A DNA stretch of 64,000 nucleotides, taken from the NCBI RefSeq assembly GCF_000315625.1, contig NW_005434666.1:321781-385780 (forward strand), written 5' to 3'. Origin of the DNA: Guillardia theta CCMP2712. Its lineage: Eukaryota > Protista > Cryptophyta. Made by a program: the position numbers and the translations under genes. Each line of letters opens with the position of its first letter. The first letter of the stretch is position 1. Below are positions 13,079 through 25,666 of this stretch, one piece after another. The notes beneath the pieces are model-generated. The model worked only from the letters and a program-made list of their open reading frames with translations, was not told the DNA's origin and made no database searches.

Positions 13079-16000
13079 CTATGTACAGCATCGGGAAATG
13101 ATCTCTTCACCCCGAGGATCCTTGAGGAGCAACGCGAACTGGCACAAGGCAGGGCATTCCACGCACGACGTCCTGTCGGCATTGGGGTAGAAGCCAGCAG
13201 AGCACTCGCTGCATACTGTCGACCCTGACCCACGGAGAGTGAGACCGATCCTTCCCCCTCCTCCTCCCCACTCCTCCTCCTCCTCCACCTCCTCCTCCTC
13301 CTCCTCCTCCTCCTCCACCACCACCACCTCCTCCTCCTCCTCCTCCTTACCCACGACCGACGTGACGCTCCCGTTGACGCACGGGCTGCATGGCTCAATG
13401 CCGAATTGTCCAAACTGACCAGGAGGGCAGAGAGGCGAGCAGCCACTGGCTCCTACATTCGATGCGCCTACTCGAACATTCAACTCTCGGTTATGAGTCA
13501 GGCAACCTGCGCACCTGGAGGAGGCGAGGAGGTGCCCGGGGGACAAGCCTTGCAAGCCGTCAGCCCAAGCTCGTCCGCATACGTTCCTTGCGTGCAGGGT
13601 TGGCAGGGCTGCACACGGTTCTGATCATAAGTGCCTGCACGGTGACACGTCAGCACGCAGATTTGTATGGCGGGATGGCTGGACATGGAAAGAGGAGGAG
13701 CAGAAGGAGCAAGAAGAGGAGAGGGAGAGGGAGAGGGAGAGGGAGAGGGAGAGGGAGAGGGAGGGGTGGGGGGGGGGGCAAGGAAGAAAGTCCAGAGCAA
13801 GAGACTGACCGATAGCGCAGAAGTCGCTGCATTGTTGCGCTAGGGTGCTCCCGACATTGCTGGTGTACTTGCCCTCCTGGCACGCCTTGCACCCGCTCTG
13901 ACCCAACTCGTTCTGATACGTCCCTTCTTCGCACGGAAAGCAGGCGGCAGAGCCCGCGGCCTTGGAGTACCGTCCGGCCGGGCATGGGAGGCACTGGACG
14001 AGGGAGTTGGAGGCATACGAGAAGAAACCAGGAGGGCAGGAGGAGAACAAGAACTCGAACTTGACAGGCTCCCCGCTCAAGGCGCCCATTCCAGCTGCCT
14101 CCCACCACGAGGAGAGGAGCATCTTCGAACGAGCCCCGGGCAGGCTGTAGCCGCATGCTGCATCGAGGCAGGCGAGCTGCCAGACGCTCCTCCCGGCAGA
14201 AGTCTTGAGTGACAAGATCGCCTCGCTGGTCTGCCCGTACCGCCATTCCGGCAGAGAGCAACGGACAACATCCGCAACCTGAAAAAGTGGAGAAGGAGGA
14301 GGAGGAGGAGGAGGAGGAGGAGGAGGAGGAGGAGGAGGAGGAGGAGGAGGAGGAGGAGGAGGAGGAGGAGGAGGAGGAGGAGGAGAAGTCAAGAAACGAG
14401 GCTCAAGAGCATTGCAGGGGACCTGAGCTTGAGAGGCGTCGAGAAAGTTTCCCCTGTCGTCGAGGAAGTCCGCCGTCTTCGACTCTACGTAGGTGGAGCC
14501 AAGACTCCATCGACACGTGTAGCCCTCCGAGAGCAGGAATCTTCCTCTGATCAGGACATAGGCCAGTCGAGAGCCTCGGGCAGCGACGTAGCCGGGCGAG
14601 TTGACGTTCGAGTTGGCCACGTCGACACTCGGGGAGTCACCGACCGTCTGGTTGACCCGCACCCAGTAGGACTTTAGCTGGACGTTCTCTAGGTAGCTCA
14701 ACCGGCCGGACGTGAACAGGCTCTGGACAAGGACGTCATTGACGCTGACGTTGTAAATCCGGAACAGAGACATGAAGCCTGCAAGGTGGGGGGTCAGTTC
14801 AGGCGTGTAAGAGCGAATTCAAAATTGCGGACCTCTGTGCGAGAAATATTTCCCACTCTCGTGAGAGTTGTAAGCGCCTCCTATGTTGAACAAGGCTGGG
14901 ATTTTGGAGGACCAGTAGTCTTGCATGCTGGGGTAGAGAATGGTTCCACAGGAGGAGGAGGAACATGCTGGCTGTCGCCCAACGAGGTTCCCGTCTACGA
15001 AGAGGCTGATGGATTGGTTATCGTACGTGGCAACGATGTGGTACCACTTGCTCCATGTGAAGTTCTCGATGCCTCGAACGATCCTCGAGAACTTTCCCCT
15101 CTCTCCAGACAACCCCGGATACATGTACTGATTGAAGTCGTTGCTCTGCTCATTGTTCGCTTCTACTGAGATCTCAAAGAAGAGGAAGAGTCTTTTCCGA
15201 TCTTTTGCGTCCAGCCAGTAGCCCAGGCTCCATCCCTTCTCATAGTTGGTGCCCTGCTCCACGGCGTTAGCAAGCCCATGGATCTGGTTTGCTTCCTTGA
15301 CATTCATCAGAGCCCAAGTCTCGATCGACATTGCAAACTTGGGAAGCTTGTTCATGGCAGTCAGGGCTTCAACCTCGCCCACCACCAGCCCAGGGTTGTT
15401 GACCGCATCAAAGTATAGGCTCTGCACGACCCCATTGTTCGCTAGGAACGTCTGCAGGCCCATCGGGTGGGCCCCACTAACTTCCCACTCAGTTCCCTCT
15501 GTGCACGACGGGCCCCTCAGCTCCGCCTGTCCATACCCACTTGACCCCAGCTGGTCCTTGACCTGCGAAGGAGCCACGACGAGTGCCCTGCCCTCCTTAC
15601 ATCCTAGCTCGTCCCTCGCTGCCCGGGAGTAGGAAGACTGGTAGATCAGCGACTCGCTGTCGAACTTCCACCAGCCCACCAGCCCGAAGGTAGACCAGTC
15701 AAGGCAGTCTTGATCGCCCCTCCCGAGATACCCCAGCGTCGTCTTCCCTTCCGGACAGGTCAGGCAAGCCGAGGCCCCTCGTCCTGAGAACTCCCCATCA
15801 GCACAAGTCCAGCAGACTGAAGAGCCAGATGAAAGCGAGTAGCTTCCATTCTGACAGATGTGACAGGCATCCTTGTTTGAACTCGACACCTCCCCAGCGC
15901 TGCAGAGGTAACAGTAGACAGACCCTTCCACGTCGATGTACTCCCCTTCCCTGCACTCATCACAGCTAATGGCTCCCGTCCGATTCGAAACTTTCCCCTT

Positions 16001-18207
16001 GCCGCAAGTCGAGCAGGACGTGGAGGCGTATAGATCGTTCGAGTGCCCTAGAGAGCAGAGCTCGCAGGGGCTGCTCGCAGTGTCCAGCCCCTTGCTCGAG
16101 GAAAAGGTCCCAGGAACGCAGTTGTGATGGCAGAAACTGACGCTGGTGGCCCCCTGGACCAACGTCCGCATGATCAGCCCGTTGGACGCATACAGATCGG
16201 TCCCGCTGACGTCCTGGAAGTAGACTTCACTTGCATTGTAGAAGTGGGTCTGATTGATCGTCACGGGGTCGTGCGGACATAAGGTGCAAGAGCTCGACGC
16301 TGATACGTCGGAGTACGTGTGGAGCGGACATTCTTCACACGAAGTGCCTCCCTCGCTTGCTAGATAGGATCCAGGGAGGCAGGGGAAGCAGTGGATCGAT
16401 CCTGGAGCATTGTTGTAATATCCACGAGCACAACTTCTGCACCCTGCCGCATTCGGGATATCGCTGTAGGTACCAGGCTGGCACGACTCGCACAGACTCT
16501 CGTTCGATCGATACTGGCCCGGCAGGCAGATGTAGATGCAGGAGGAGGAGCCGGGGAGCAAGGTTGTTTGGTTCGCAGGGCAGGTTGAGCAGGACCCAGA
16601 CTGAGGCCCACTGAAGTATCCTACCGGGCAAGGATTGCACGCCAACGAGGCGACAGGGGAGAAGAAGCCTGCGACGCATCCCTGGCACTCGCTGGAGCCA
16701 ACGGCCGAGAAGAAGCCGGCTTCACATGACTGACAGGTAGTCGCTCCCCCTTGCTCGATGATCTTGGATGTTGACAATGACTTCTCGCCGGCTCCACAGA
16801 GCAGACAAGAGGTGGACATGGTCATGACCGAGTAGCTTCCAGGCGCGCACGGCTCGCACTTCAACGGATTCCTTGACAGGCTGAGGAACCCCGGGGGGCA
16901 AAGCAGGACTGACTCAACGCTATTCGTCTCTTCAAACCAGATCATGCTGAAGTTCGCCTGGGTAGCCTTACAAGACAGAACATGTGACGATGGATTACCT
17001 CGTGAACTGCTGCTGGACACGTCCCTACACTGGGCTCCTTCCCGGATATACAGGGATCGTTGATGTGGTTGTTGTAGTACCTCATCAAGTAATCGTCGGG
17101 GTTGCTGACATTCGCAGTCTGCAAGGGCAGGTAAGAAACCAAGAGAGTGCTTGGCGATCAGACCTGGACACTCAAGAGGGCCTTGTAGATCTGCAGGAGA
17201 CGAGGTCAGGCGGACAATCGTGAGCGGCTGGCCGAACCTGAACTTCGAAGATCGGCTCGTTCAAAGCAGCGGAGCTGCCCAGAGCACCTATGGAAGGAGC
17301 GTTTCTGATTCCGTCCACCTTGCAACAATCAGAGCTGTCTCGGAGATGCAAGCTCCTCACCTTGAACTGAATTCTCTTCACCGATGAATTCGTCATCGTC
17401 CTCAGGTCCCACGGCACTTGAGCTAGGACTGTGAGGTTCCTTGGGTGTCAAACGCCCGACGCATCGTCCTCCCTCTTACCCAAGTCCACGACCCGATTCG
17501 CATCGAACCCACTCGTTGGATCCCTCGAGCCCCTCGTAGACCCCACACGATATTCGGCCCTGACTCCATCGATGAAGGTGGGAAGGTCCTTGGGGTTGGG
17601 CTCCCTGATACCAAATCCTAGAGGCAACGGGGGTCTTTTCATCATGCTCACTTGGCCGTAAGATTCGTAGAAAGTTGGCACGTAATAAGTCTCGTTCACT
17701 ATGTACGCAGTCCCGTTCACGTCGAAGAACTGGCGCGATCGGATCTTGGGGAGGTAGAGGGCGTTGGTGACGTCCGCGGTCTCGTTTGTGATCGTTGCCT
17801 GCTGCGTGTCGAAGCCAGGAGGGAACAAGATGCGAACCATGGTGAGGTACGATCTGTCGTTGTAAGTCGGGTTCTCAACGACGTTATCGCAAGCCCACTT
17901 GTTGAAGAAGCTTGTTGAAGTTGTCTGTCAAAGTTGTCAGCAGGTTCTCAGAACATAAGCAGGCAAGGCCTACATCGTATTTGCACATGGGCCCAGGGTA
18001 CAGGTCTAACGAGATTTCTGCTGTTGACATCATTCCTGCTCCATACTCCGACAAGGAAATGTTGGCGTTGACAGGGAGGACACATGGAAGGGACGGGCAG
18101 TCCCCGCTGTGCAGGAGCAGGCTGGGAGGAGACAAGGAGTCAACGAGAAGGGAGGAGACGAGAAAGAGCCATGACAGGAGGAGGCCTCTTGCTGCTCGCG
18201 CTGCCAT
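13079..18207 (-). CDS. Secreted/surface Cys-rich protein with GCC2/GCC3 (ephrin-receptor-like) repeats and a LamG/ConA-like domain
   Basis: Signal peptide MAARAARGLLLSWLFLVSSLLV. Many CxxCxxGxY/F repeats (15750-16900 and 13100-14050). LamG-like SIETWA...GWSLG...WYHIVATYDNQSISLFVDG at ~14850-15350. Multi-exon. Confidence 0.85.
14296..14385. repeat. (GAG)n trinucleotide microsatellite, intronic
   Basis: About 30 perfect GAG units. On the minus (coding) strand this is a (CTC)n pyrimidine tract ending near a ttcag acceptor at ~14280. Confidence 0.9.
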
Positions 18208-18702
18208 GCGGGCTCCGCTGCTTCACTGCCTGCCCTGCATGTTCAGGTCGCCCCCTCCCACCGCAAGGGACATTCCAGACTGAGCCGTTATTAACGGTTG
18301 AAACAAGTTACAATTTTGACGTTGCAGACGTTACACTCAAGGCTGACCACCCCGTCGGTCGGGCCCGTTCGGCCGCAGAGAGCGAGTCCCGGGCTCGGGG
18401 AGTCCGGGCCCGTCCGATTATCTCATCCCCCGGCCGCGAAAGCCGCGTCCGAGCCTGTCTAGCCGGGGCCCCGCCGCCCGCCGGGGGCGACTGACTCATC
18501 AGTGACGGCGATCGGACTCGGAAGCTGGCTCGGAAGTCAGGGGAAAGTAGGGGAGGCGGGCTCACCGACTGGCATGGCCAGGATCGACGAGTGAAGAGCG
18601 AGGAAGAGGAGAAGAGCCGGGAAGGAAGGAAGGAAGAGGAGAGGAGAGGAGAGGAGAGGAGAGAAAAGGGAAGAATAGCAGGCAGGAGCAGCAGCTCGCA
18701 GC

Positions 18703-21700
18703 ATGCTGTCGCTCTTGTATCGAGCTCTGGATGACACGAAGGTGAGAGGCGACGGATCTGCGACGACATGCTGATTGACTGCCGGCAGACGCGGTGCGCC
18801 AGCATCCACCCGTCGATGCCATGGGTGGCAGCCGGCGACGACCGTGGATACGTGGGAGCAGTGCTGAGGGTGTGCATTGCTGACGGGGTCGACAGGTCTC
18901 GATCCACGACTACTCTCAGAACATGCAGATGTACAAGGCAAGGAGCTTCGCCTCGCTCCTCACGCTGATGTCCCTCCCGCAGGCCCAGGTCGAGCAGGGA
19001 CTAGAGGGGAGGGCCATAGGAGCCAAGTGCTCGCCTGTCCGCCACCTGATCTTCTGCGATGCACACGCCAACGAATGGAAAGAGCGCGCGATCCTCGACG
19101 AAAGCCTGCCGCTTGAGGATGCGGCAACCTTCAAGGGAGACGCCTCGGGTCCTTCGGGCATGATGGACGGGGAGGCGAGGCTGCTCATCGTGACAGACTC
19201 TGCCCTCCTCTTCCTCGACTACATCACCCTCCAAGTGAAGGAGGTGCGGGGGATCGATCCTCGCTCCATCCTTCAGCTGCACCTGGTGCGCCTTGCTATG
19301 CCCTCTCCGCCCTCCTGACAGGCTGCAGGTCCCTGGCAGGCGAATTCCCCGAGTCGCCTGCGCATGCTCAGACGGGATCGTTCGCATCCTGAGCTGCTCA
19401 ATGCAGGCAGGAGCGGCAAAAGAGCTGCAGAGCGGACGCTCCCGTGCCCTTGCCCACCTCTCCTCGTGCGCCTCGTGCAAGCCCAAGGAGGGCCGTGAGC
19501 ATGTCATGAAGGTCGGGCTGGTGGCAGCAAGCTCAGACGGATACATCCACTTGTGGGACCTCAACAACTCGCAGAATGTGAGGATTCTGCTCTGCCCCAC
19601 TCCCCAACCTCCTCCTCCACTTCTACCTTCCCCCTTTCTCAGTTACTGCACTCTGCTTCTCTTTCTTTCCCTGTTCCTTTGCCCTCCTTGTCTTCATACT
19701 CTCCCTCAACAGCAGTCCATGCAGGTATCCACTGTGCAAGCTGCCGGACACATCCAGTCCCTCGCGCCCTCCTCCCCTGCATGCCAGAGCTTCGTTGTGA
19801 TGTACGTGGACAAGACCATGGGGGTAACTTGACCATGTGCCCATCGGACTCTCCTGACTTGTAGTGAAGATGTGGGAGGTCAGCCCTCAGCTGCGGGAGG
19901 TCCAAAGGTGCTGAAGGGTGTCAGACCATCCTGGACTGAACAGGAGGAGCGCAGGTTGAAGCTCCATGAGGCGAAGACAAGACAGGGAAACGCATCCCTC
20001 GATCACGTCGTTGGTCTGCGACAAGTGAGTCAGGAATTCCTTCCGCCACCCCCCCTCCCCCCATCCTCCTCCTCCTCCTCCTCCTCCTCCTCCTCCTCTT
20101 CCTCCTCCTCTCCCTCTCATCCCTCTCTCCTCGTCCTCAAGCTGATCACGGATGCAACAGCGGCATCCCCACGGGCTAGTTTGGCTCCTGCTGGGCTCGA
20201 AGCACGCAAATATCGAGCTTCTCTCCTCTCACTGCAGCGCAAGCGGCTTCATGGTGGAGGCGACTCGGGACTACACAAGTTTGCTGCACCTACCGGATGT
20301 GATGGGGCGAGGAGACAAGAAGATGCCGAGCAAGTGAGACTTTTCTTCCCCTCTGATCTCCATCCTGCTCTGCTCTGCTCTGCTCTGCTCTGCTCTGGCC
20401 GCTACCCCCCGTCCGATCCCCACTCCTCGAACCTCTCGCCACTTCTGCTCTCCGATCCTCTCTTCGTGTAGAAGTATGACAGCAGGTAGGTTCAAGATGT
20501 ACGCTGCTGTTTCCTCCGAGCTGCAAGGAGACGTGCTCGGGCTGGCGACGAGCCACGGGTTGCTGGTGACCGAGCATGTGCTTTCTCCCCCTCGCATGCT
20601 GACAGTCTGCACGAGGTCTTTCGCCTTGAGATGGGAGGAGGGAATCACGTGCAGGTACGAGGGACGCGCGGGGAGAGGAGGAGGTGACTGCTGTTGGCGC
20701 AGGAGGTGCAGCCGGAGAGCGTGGAGGCGAGCAAGAGCTTCGTGATGCTGGAGAGGAATGCTAACGACAAGCATGTGGAGTTCTCCCTCCTCCATGGCTC
20801 TGTCTCTGTACCGAATCATCCTCTCCCTCCCTGCACGGGGCATCTGCCGATGCTGAGGGTGGAGTGGAGACATGCCCTTCCTGGGGAAGCCTTCGCTGCT
20901 GACGATCAGGACGTCAGCTCGAGGCTCCCTGTGCTCAAGACAGCTGGGGAAGGCAGAGGAAGTATCCTCTCCATCCTCTCTCATAAGCCCCCGAGCCCCC
21001 AGGACCCCAGCACGAGACGCGTGCAGTTCGTGCGTAGGAAGGAGGGGAAGTTTCACGTCGTTGAGGCGATGAGCTGCCAGGATGCGGCGTGGGACTCGGA
21101 AGGAGAGAAATGTGCTGTCCTCCTCCCTCATAGTCCCTCCAACATCCCCAGAGGTGACGGGGAGCACAACTTTTCCACCGCAGCGGTCGTGCTCGACTGG
21201 TCCGGTGATCATGCACGGGCGAGGAGAGCGGAGATAATTTTACAGGTGAGAAGGAAGGGGAGGAAGGAGGGAAGAGAGGAGGGAAGAGAGGAAGAAAGAG
21301 AGCAGGGGAGGGAGAGGGGGAGAGGGAGAGGAGGAGGGAGGGAGGAAATGGAGAGGTTGAGGAGAGTGGAATGTTTTGACATGAGGGATAGGCAAACGTA
21401 GAGAAGCTGCTTGATGGTGCTCTGCTCTGCGGGATTTTTGCAAAGAAGGAAGGACAGGGTTCGGGCTGCATGTTCTACCAGTGGGATGGATCTCCTGCCT
21501 CCGCCGTGCTCCCAGTGCGTGCTTCCCCTTCCACCCCCATTCCTCGTCCTCGTCCTCCTTGCTTTCCTCGTCCACCTGCCTTCTCCTTGTTCGTTCTTCC
21601 CGCCTACTTCCATGTACCTTCTTGCTCCATTCCTGTTTCTTTGTCTCCTCCTTCCTCCTCGCCCTTTCCTTCGCTTCATTTAACAGCCGTGATCACGCGG

Positions 21701-23154
21701 CACAGGCACCTGACATGGTCAAGTGGTCGAGGACCCGAACCATGTGTGCGGCAGCGTACAAGGTAAATGAGATGATGATGGAGGAGAAGAGGAAGTTGAA
21801 GAAAGGAGGAGAAGAGGGGAGAAGGAGAGCGGGAGAGAACAGAGGAGGGGAGAAGAGAGTTGGGGAGGAGAGCGGGAGAGAAGAGAGGAGGGGAGAAGAG
21901 GAGGGGAGGAGAGCGGGAGAGAACAGAGGAGAGAAGAGAGGAGGGGAGAAGAGGAGGGGAGAAGGAGAGGAAGGGAGAGGAAGGACCCAGAACATGAGAA
22001 CAGAGCATTAGAGTGCTATCAGGTGTTGTGAGATGTTCCGAGACTTGGAAATGGAGGGTGTCAGACGAGAGGAGCGGCTGGGAGGGGAAGGAGTTGACGA
22101 TCCGCCTGCAGAGTTTCATCTCGATCTTCCAAAGGCGACAGGAGGATGTGTACATGCAGGTTATGAGAACCATCTCGGCCGAACCGACGGATGTCCTGTG
22201 GAGAAATGTCAGGCCGCCATGCTCCTCTCCCCTCCCTCCTCACTCTCTTCTCGCAGAGCATCCTCTTCTTCGCTTCCCGTCACAGTCTTCACATGTGGTC
22301 GGCTGTTTTCCCAAACGACCAGCCCGTGGAGATAGGTCGGGCATTTTGACTAGCACCTGAACTTTTCCCGTTTGACTCGTCGGATCAGCATCGTCGACAA
22401 GGGACAAGATGAAACTCTTGGAGGAAGACTCGACTGATCGACCTTGCCAGCGTCCAGTGAGAAGAAAGGAAGTTCGTACACAGATTGTGACTTGTGACTT
22501 TCTCTCTCCCTCTCCTCTCCTCTCCTCTCCTCTCCTCTTTCATCGCCTCTGCTCAAATCCCCTCCTCTGCCTTCCTTTCCTGCTCTCTCCTTCCTCTTCC
22601 GTTGCACTCTGCCAGGTCTGTCCTCTAGGCCACTTGCACATCTTAGGCATGACCGACGAAGATCCTTCCTGTCTCATTGTCGCCTCCTCCTTGAAGCGCA
22701 CCAACATCAACCTCCTTCCCCTCTGCTCAGATGCTCTTCGATTCCGAACTCTCGCTTCTACAGGTTCCTTTCCCAGTCCCAATACTTCCCTCCTTTCTCT
22801 CTCTTTCTCTGTCTTTCTGCCTTTCTTGGCTCATCTCGCTCCTTTTCTCCTTCATCCTCGACGCCTCTTGTCCTCATTTCACTTCCAGGACATTCCAAAG
22901 TTGCATGGAACGCGATCTCTCAGACCGACGAAGAAATGTACGAGAGGAGGACGTGGAGGGAGGAGGTGAACGAGGAGGTTTACTCTGAGCAGGAAGCAGA
23001 AGCTTCTAGATGCAGCACGACCTCCCATGAGCAGCAAAACACTTCTTCTCCTCATGTGAGCTCGAGAGAGAAATTTTCAAACGCTCACATTTCATGGTGC
23101 AGGATGTGGAGGCTGGAGATGCAGAGGAGCCTTCGAGCAAGAGGAGTTGACTGA
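18703..23154 (+). CDS. WD40 beta-propeller protein resembling the TSET/TPLATE complex subunit TTRAY2/TWD40-2
   Basis: Spliced N-terminus MLSLLYRALDDTK/TRCASIHPSMPWVAAGDDRGYV, then VRHLIFCDAHANEW, LLIVTDSALLFLDYITLQVKEV, VACACSDGIVRILS and LVAASSDGYIHLWD. These match in order my recollection of plant TWD40-2 N-terminal motifs. 3' end uncertain. Confidence 0.6.
21790..21985. repeat. GA-rich low-complexity tandem repeat in an intron
   Basis: Recurrent units such as ggagagcgggagagaacagagga and gagaggaggggagaagag, lying between a donor at ~21763 and an acceptor near 22022. Confidence 0.75.
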
Positions 23155-23280
23155 TTCTGTCCTTTCTACCTGTCCTGCCCTCCTCCCCAACCCTCTCCTC
23201 CCTCCCTCCTCCTCTCCTCCCGCTCTCCTGTCATCTGCGTACTGAGGACAGTCTTTGGCTCCCTGCCGGATCCTTCGTAC

Positions 23281-25666
23281 TTATACAACCTTCACCAACA
23301 ACACATCTCCTCCTGCCTCCTCCCCTCCCTCCTGCGCTGTTATCTTGGCGTTCCGCAGCATCGCCGCTGTTATGAGCACAACTTCCGCCATGGCCGTCTG
23401 AGCTCCAAGGCAATAGCGCGGGCCCGCCCCGAAGGGGATGAAGGAGAAGGCGTCAGCTGGCTCCTCCGGCCTGACATCTCCAGCTGGAGACGAGCTGAAG
23501 CGCTCGGGGCGAAACTCATGAGGGTTGTACCAGGAGTTCTCGTCTTGACCAAGAACCTGCGGGCTCATGATCTGTAGGAGGAGGAGGAGGAGGAGGAGGA
23601 GGAGGAGGAGGAGGAGGAGGAGGATCAAGAGAGGATGAGTCAGTCTCTTCGTAAGTGTGAGGAGAGGCATACCATGACGGAACCTTTCTTGACTTCCAGA
23701 GAGGAGGAGGAGGAGGAGCGAGATAAGGTTGTGTCAGAAGATGCGAGGCGAAAGACAAGGGAGGCAAAGGCATTCTTGCGGAGAACCTGATGAGCTAGGG
23801 TGAGAAGAGGAGGAAGTAGAGGAGAGAGGAAGGGGGAGGAAGAGCAGTCATGAAGAGGTAGACCAGAAGGCAGGAAGGGGAGGGAGGAGGGGGGCACGGG
23901 CATTCGCGACCTCTTTGACGCAACTAGTCAAGTACGTCAACTGCATCAAGTCTTGATATCTCGGGATCTTTGGAAGGGGTCAGGTCAAAAATCGGTCAAA
24001 GATACACTTTTGACCTGCCGAGAGCCGAGGACAAGGTCCAGCTCAGCCTCCACCAGCTCTCTGACCTGCCTGTCTCGGATGATCTGGGAGGAGACAGCAG
24101 CAGACGTCAGCTGCAAGTGTCGGGCCTCCTTCGAGCGTCACCTCCCACACCGTCGAAGAGATGACTTCTCCCGTGCTTCCGACTCCGGCCGTCATGATGT
24201 CCCGCAGAATCAGACAAATCTCTTCATCGCTCAGCGACGGCGACCTCTCCTCCTCCCCTCCCTTCCCCTTCTCTCCCCTTGGGACCTCTGCTGCGATCTG
24301 GAATGAAGTTACTGGAAGCTGCGTGCCAGGGAGCTGATAGCACCAGACGAGTCAGGACGTCGTCAGGTGGTTGTTTTCCCTCTCTCAACTCGTTTCTTCG
24401 TTTCTGCACTATCGGAAGGAAAGGAACTTCGCCGTGTCCCCTCTGTTGCTTTCCGGCTGAGAGTTTTTTCAAGATCCAAAAGCTGAGGGAAGTCAACGTC
24501 TTGACAACCCGGAAGTCTCTTATCTGCCAATAAAGTTTCAGCACGAGCAGGGGCAGAAAGCAGATGACGAGAACGAGAACGAGGATATGGAAGAGCTGGG
24601 AAGGAGGAGGCCAGGGAGGAGGGCAACGGAGGGAGAAGGAGGAGGAGAGTGAGGGTCTCCACCGATTGTCTGCTTCGTGCTCGTAGAAATTTTAGTTGTC
24701 CCTTACGATTTGTGAACGCCTTGATGAACTCGAAGACTCCATCTCCAAAGAGAACCATCTTGACTTGCCTCTTCACCAGCTCCGTCCATGCCATGGCGTG
24801 TTCGGTGAGCTGTCCCAAGTTTGATCAAGAAAGTATCATCAGCGTTACGCAGACACCTTGAAGATGGGATTCTTAGGAGGGAGATTTTCACGGACTTGTC
24901 TCCATGAGAATATCTCCTCTGAGAACAGGATGTTTAGAAGGATCGACTGCACATAGTCAGGCGCGAATTTCGAGTGGCCGTAAGCTCATCACCTGCGACA
25001 GAGCAACACAGTAGGAGGTCAGGTCAACAGCCTTCCTCCTCTCCTTCAAGTCCTCGATCATCGTCATCGTCATCGGCACCAACATCTCCTCGACTGCGTC
25101 ACTGACAACGCAAGGAGAGTCAAGAACTAAGGTACCTCGCAGTGCTCCTGGATCCTGTCGCGCTTGAAAAAGGAGGGGTTCAAGATAGAGCGATACTGCT
25201 CCCAGACATCATCTTCAGCTACTGTAAGCCCGACTGCCGTCATCGGACACCCCCGATGCTCTTCCCGGTTCCTGAACACGCTCGATTGCTCTACGCAGAT
25301 TTCCCGCACAAGCCGAGGGTCGGAGATGAGGTAGAACTCCCTATTGCAGAGCCTCGTCTTGTGAACGGCCCCGCTGCTCCTCGAGTAGTGCTGTAGGAGG
25401 TTGGACAGATCCCCGTGCACCAACAAGTCGACAGTTGACCTTGCCGCCGAGATGTACCTAGCTTCATTGGTGTCTCGAGAGTCCGCACTCCATGGTTGCA
25501 AGTTGCTGCTGGGCTGCGGCTGGGGTCGAGACTCGATCGTGTTGGTCATACAGATTTTTCGTGGTGATAAACGTGTGAATCCACTTGACCTCAAAGATAA
25601 GAAGCAGTCCGTTGAGGGAATGAACTGCATCGCCGAGAGCAACACCACGAAGATTCTTGCAAACAT
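23281..25666 (-). CDS. Cytochrome P450 with a bipartite (signal + transit-like) presequence
   Basis: Heme motif PFGAGPRYCLG, FRPERF, a spliced ExxR (KE/VLRK) and I-helix DIMTAGVGST. N-terminus MFARIFVVLLSAMQFIPSTDC-FLSLRSS. Multi-exon. Confidence 0.9.

Noticed and set aside
13625-14773. Poly-Pro / poly-Glu stretches in ORF translations (formin- or extensin-like)
   Set aside because: They come from intronic (CTC/GAG)n microsatellites bounded by splice signals, not from coding sequence.
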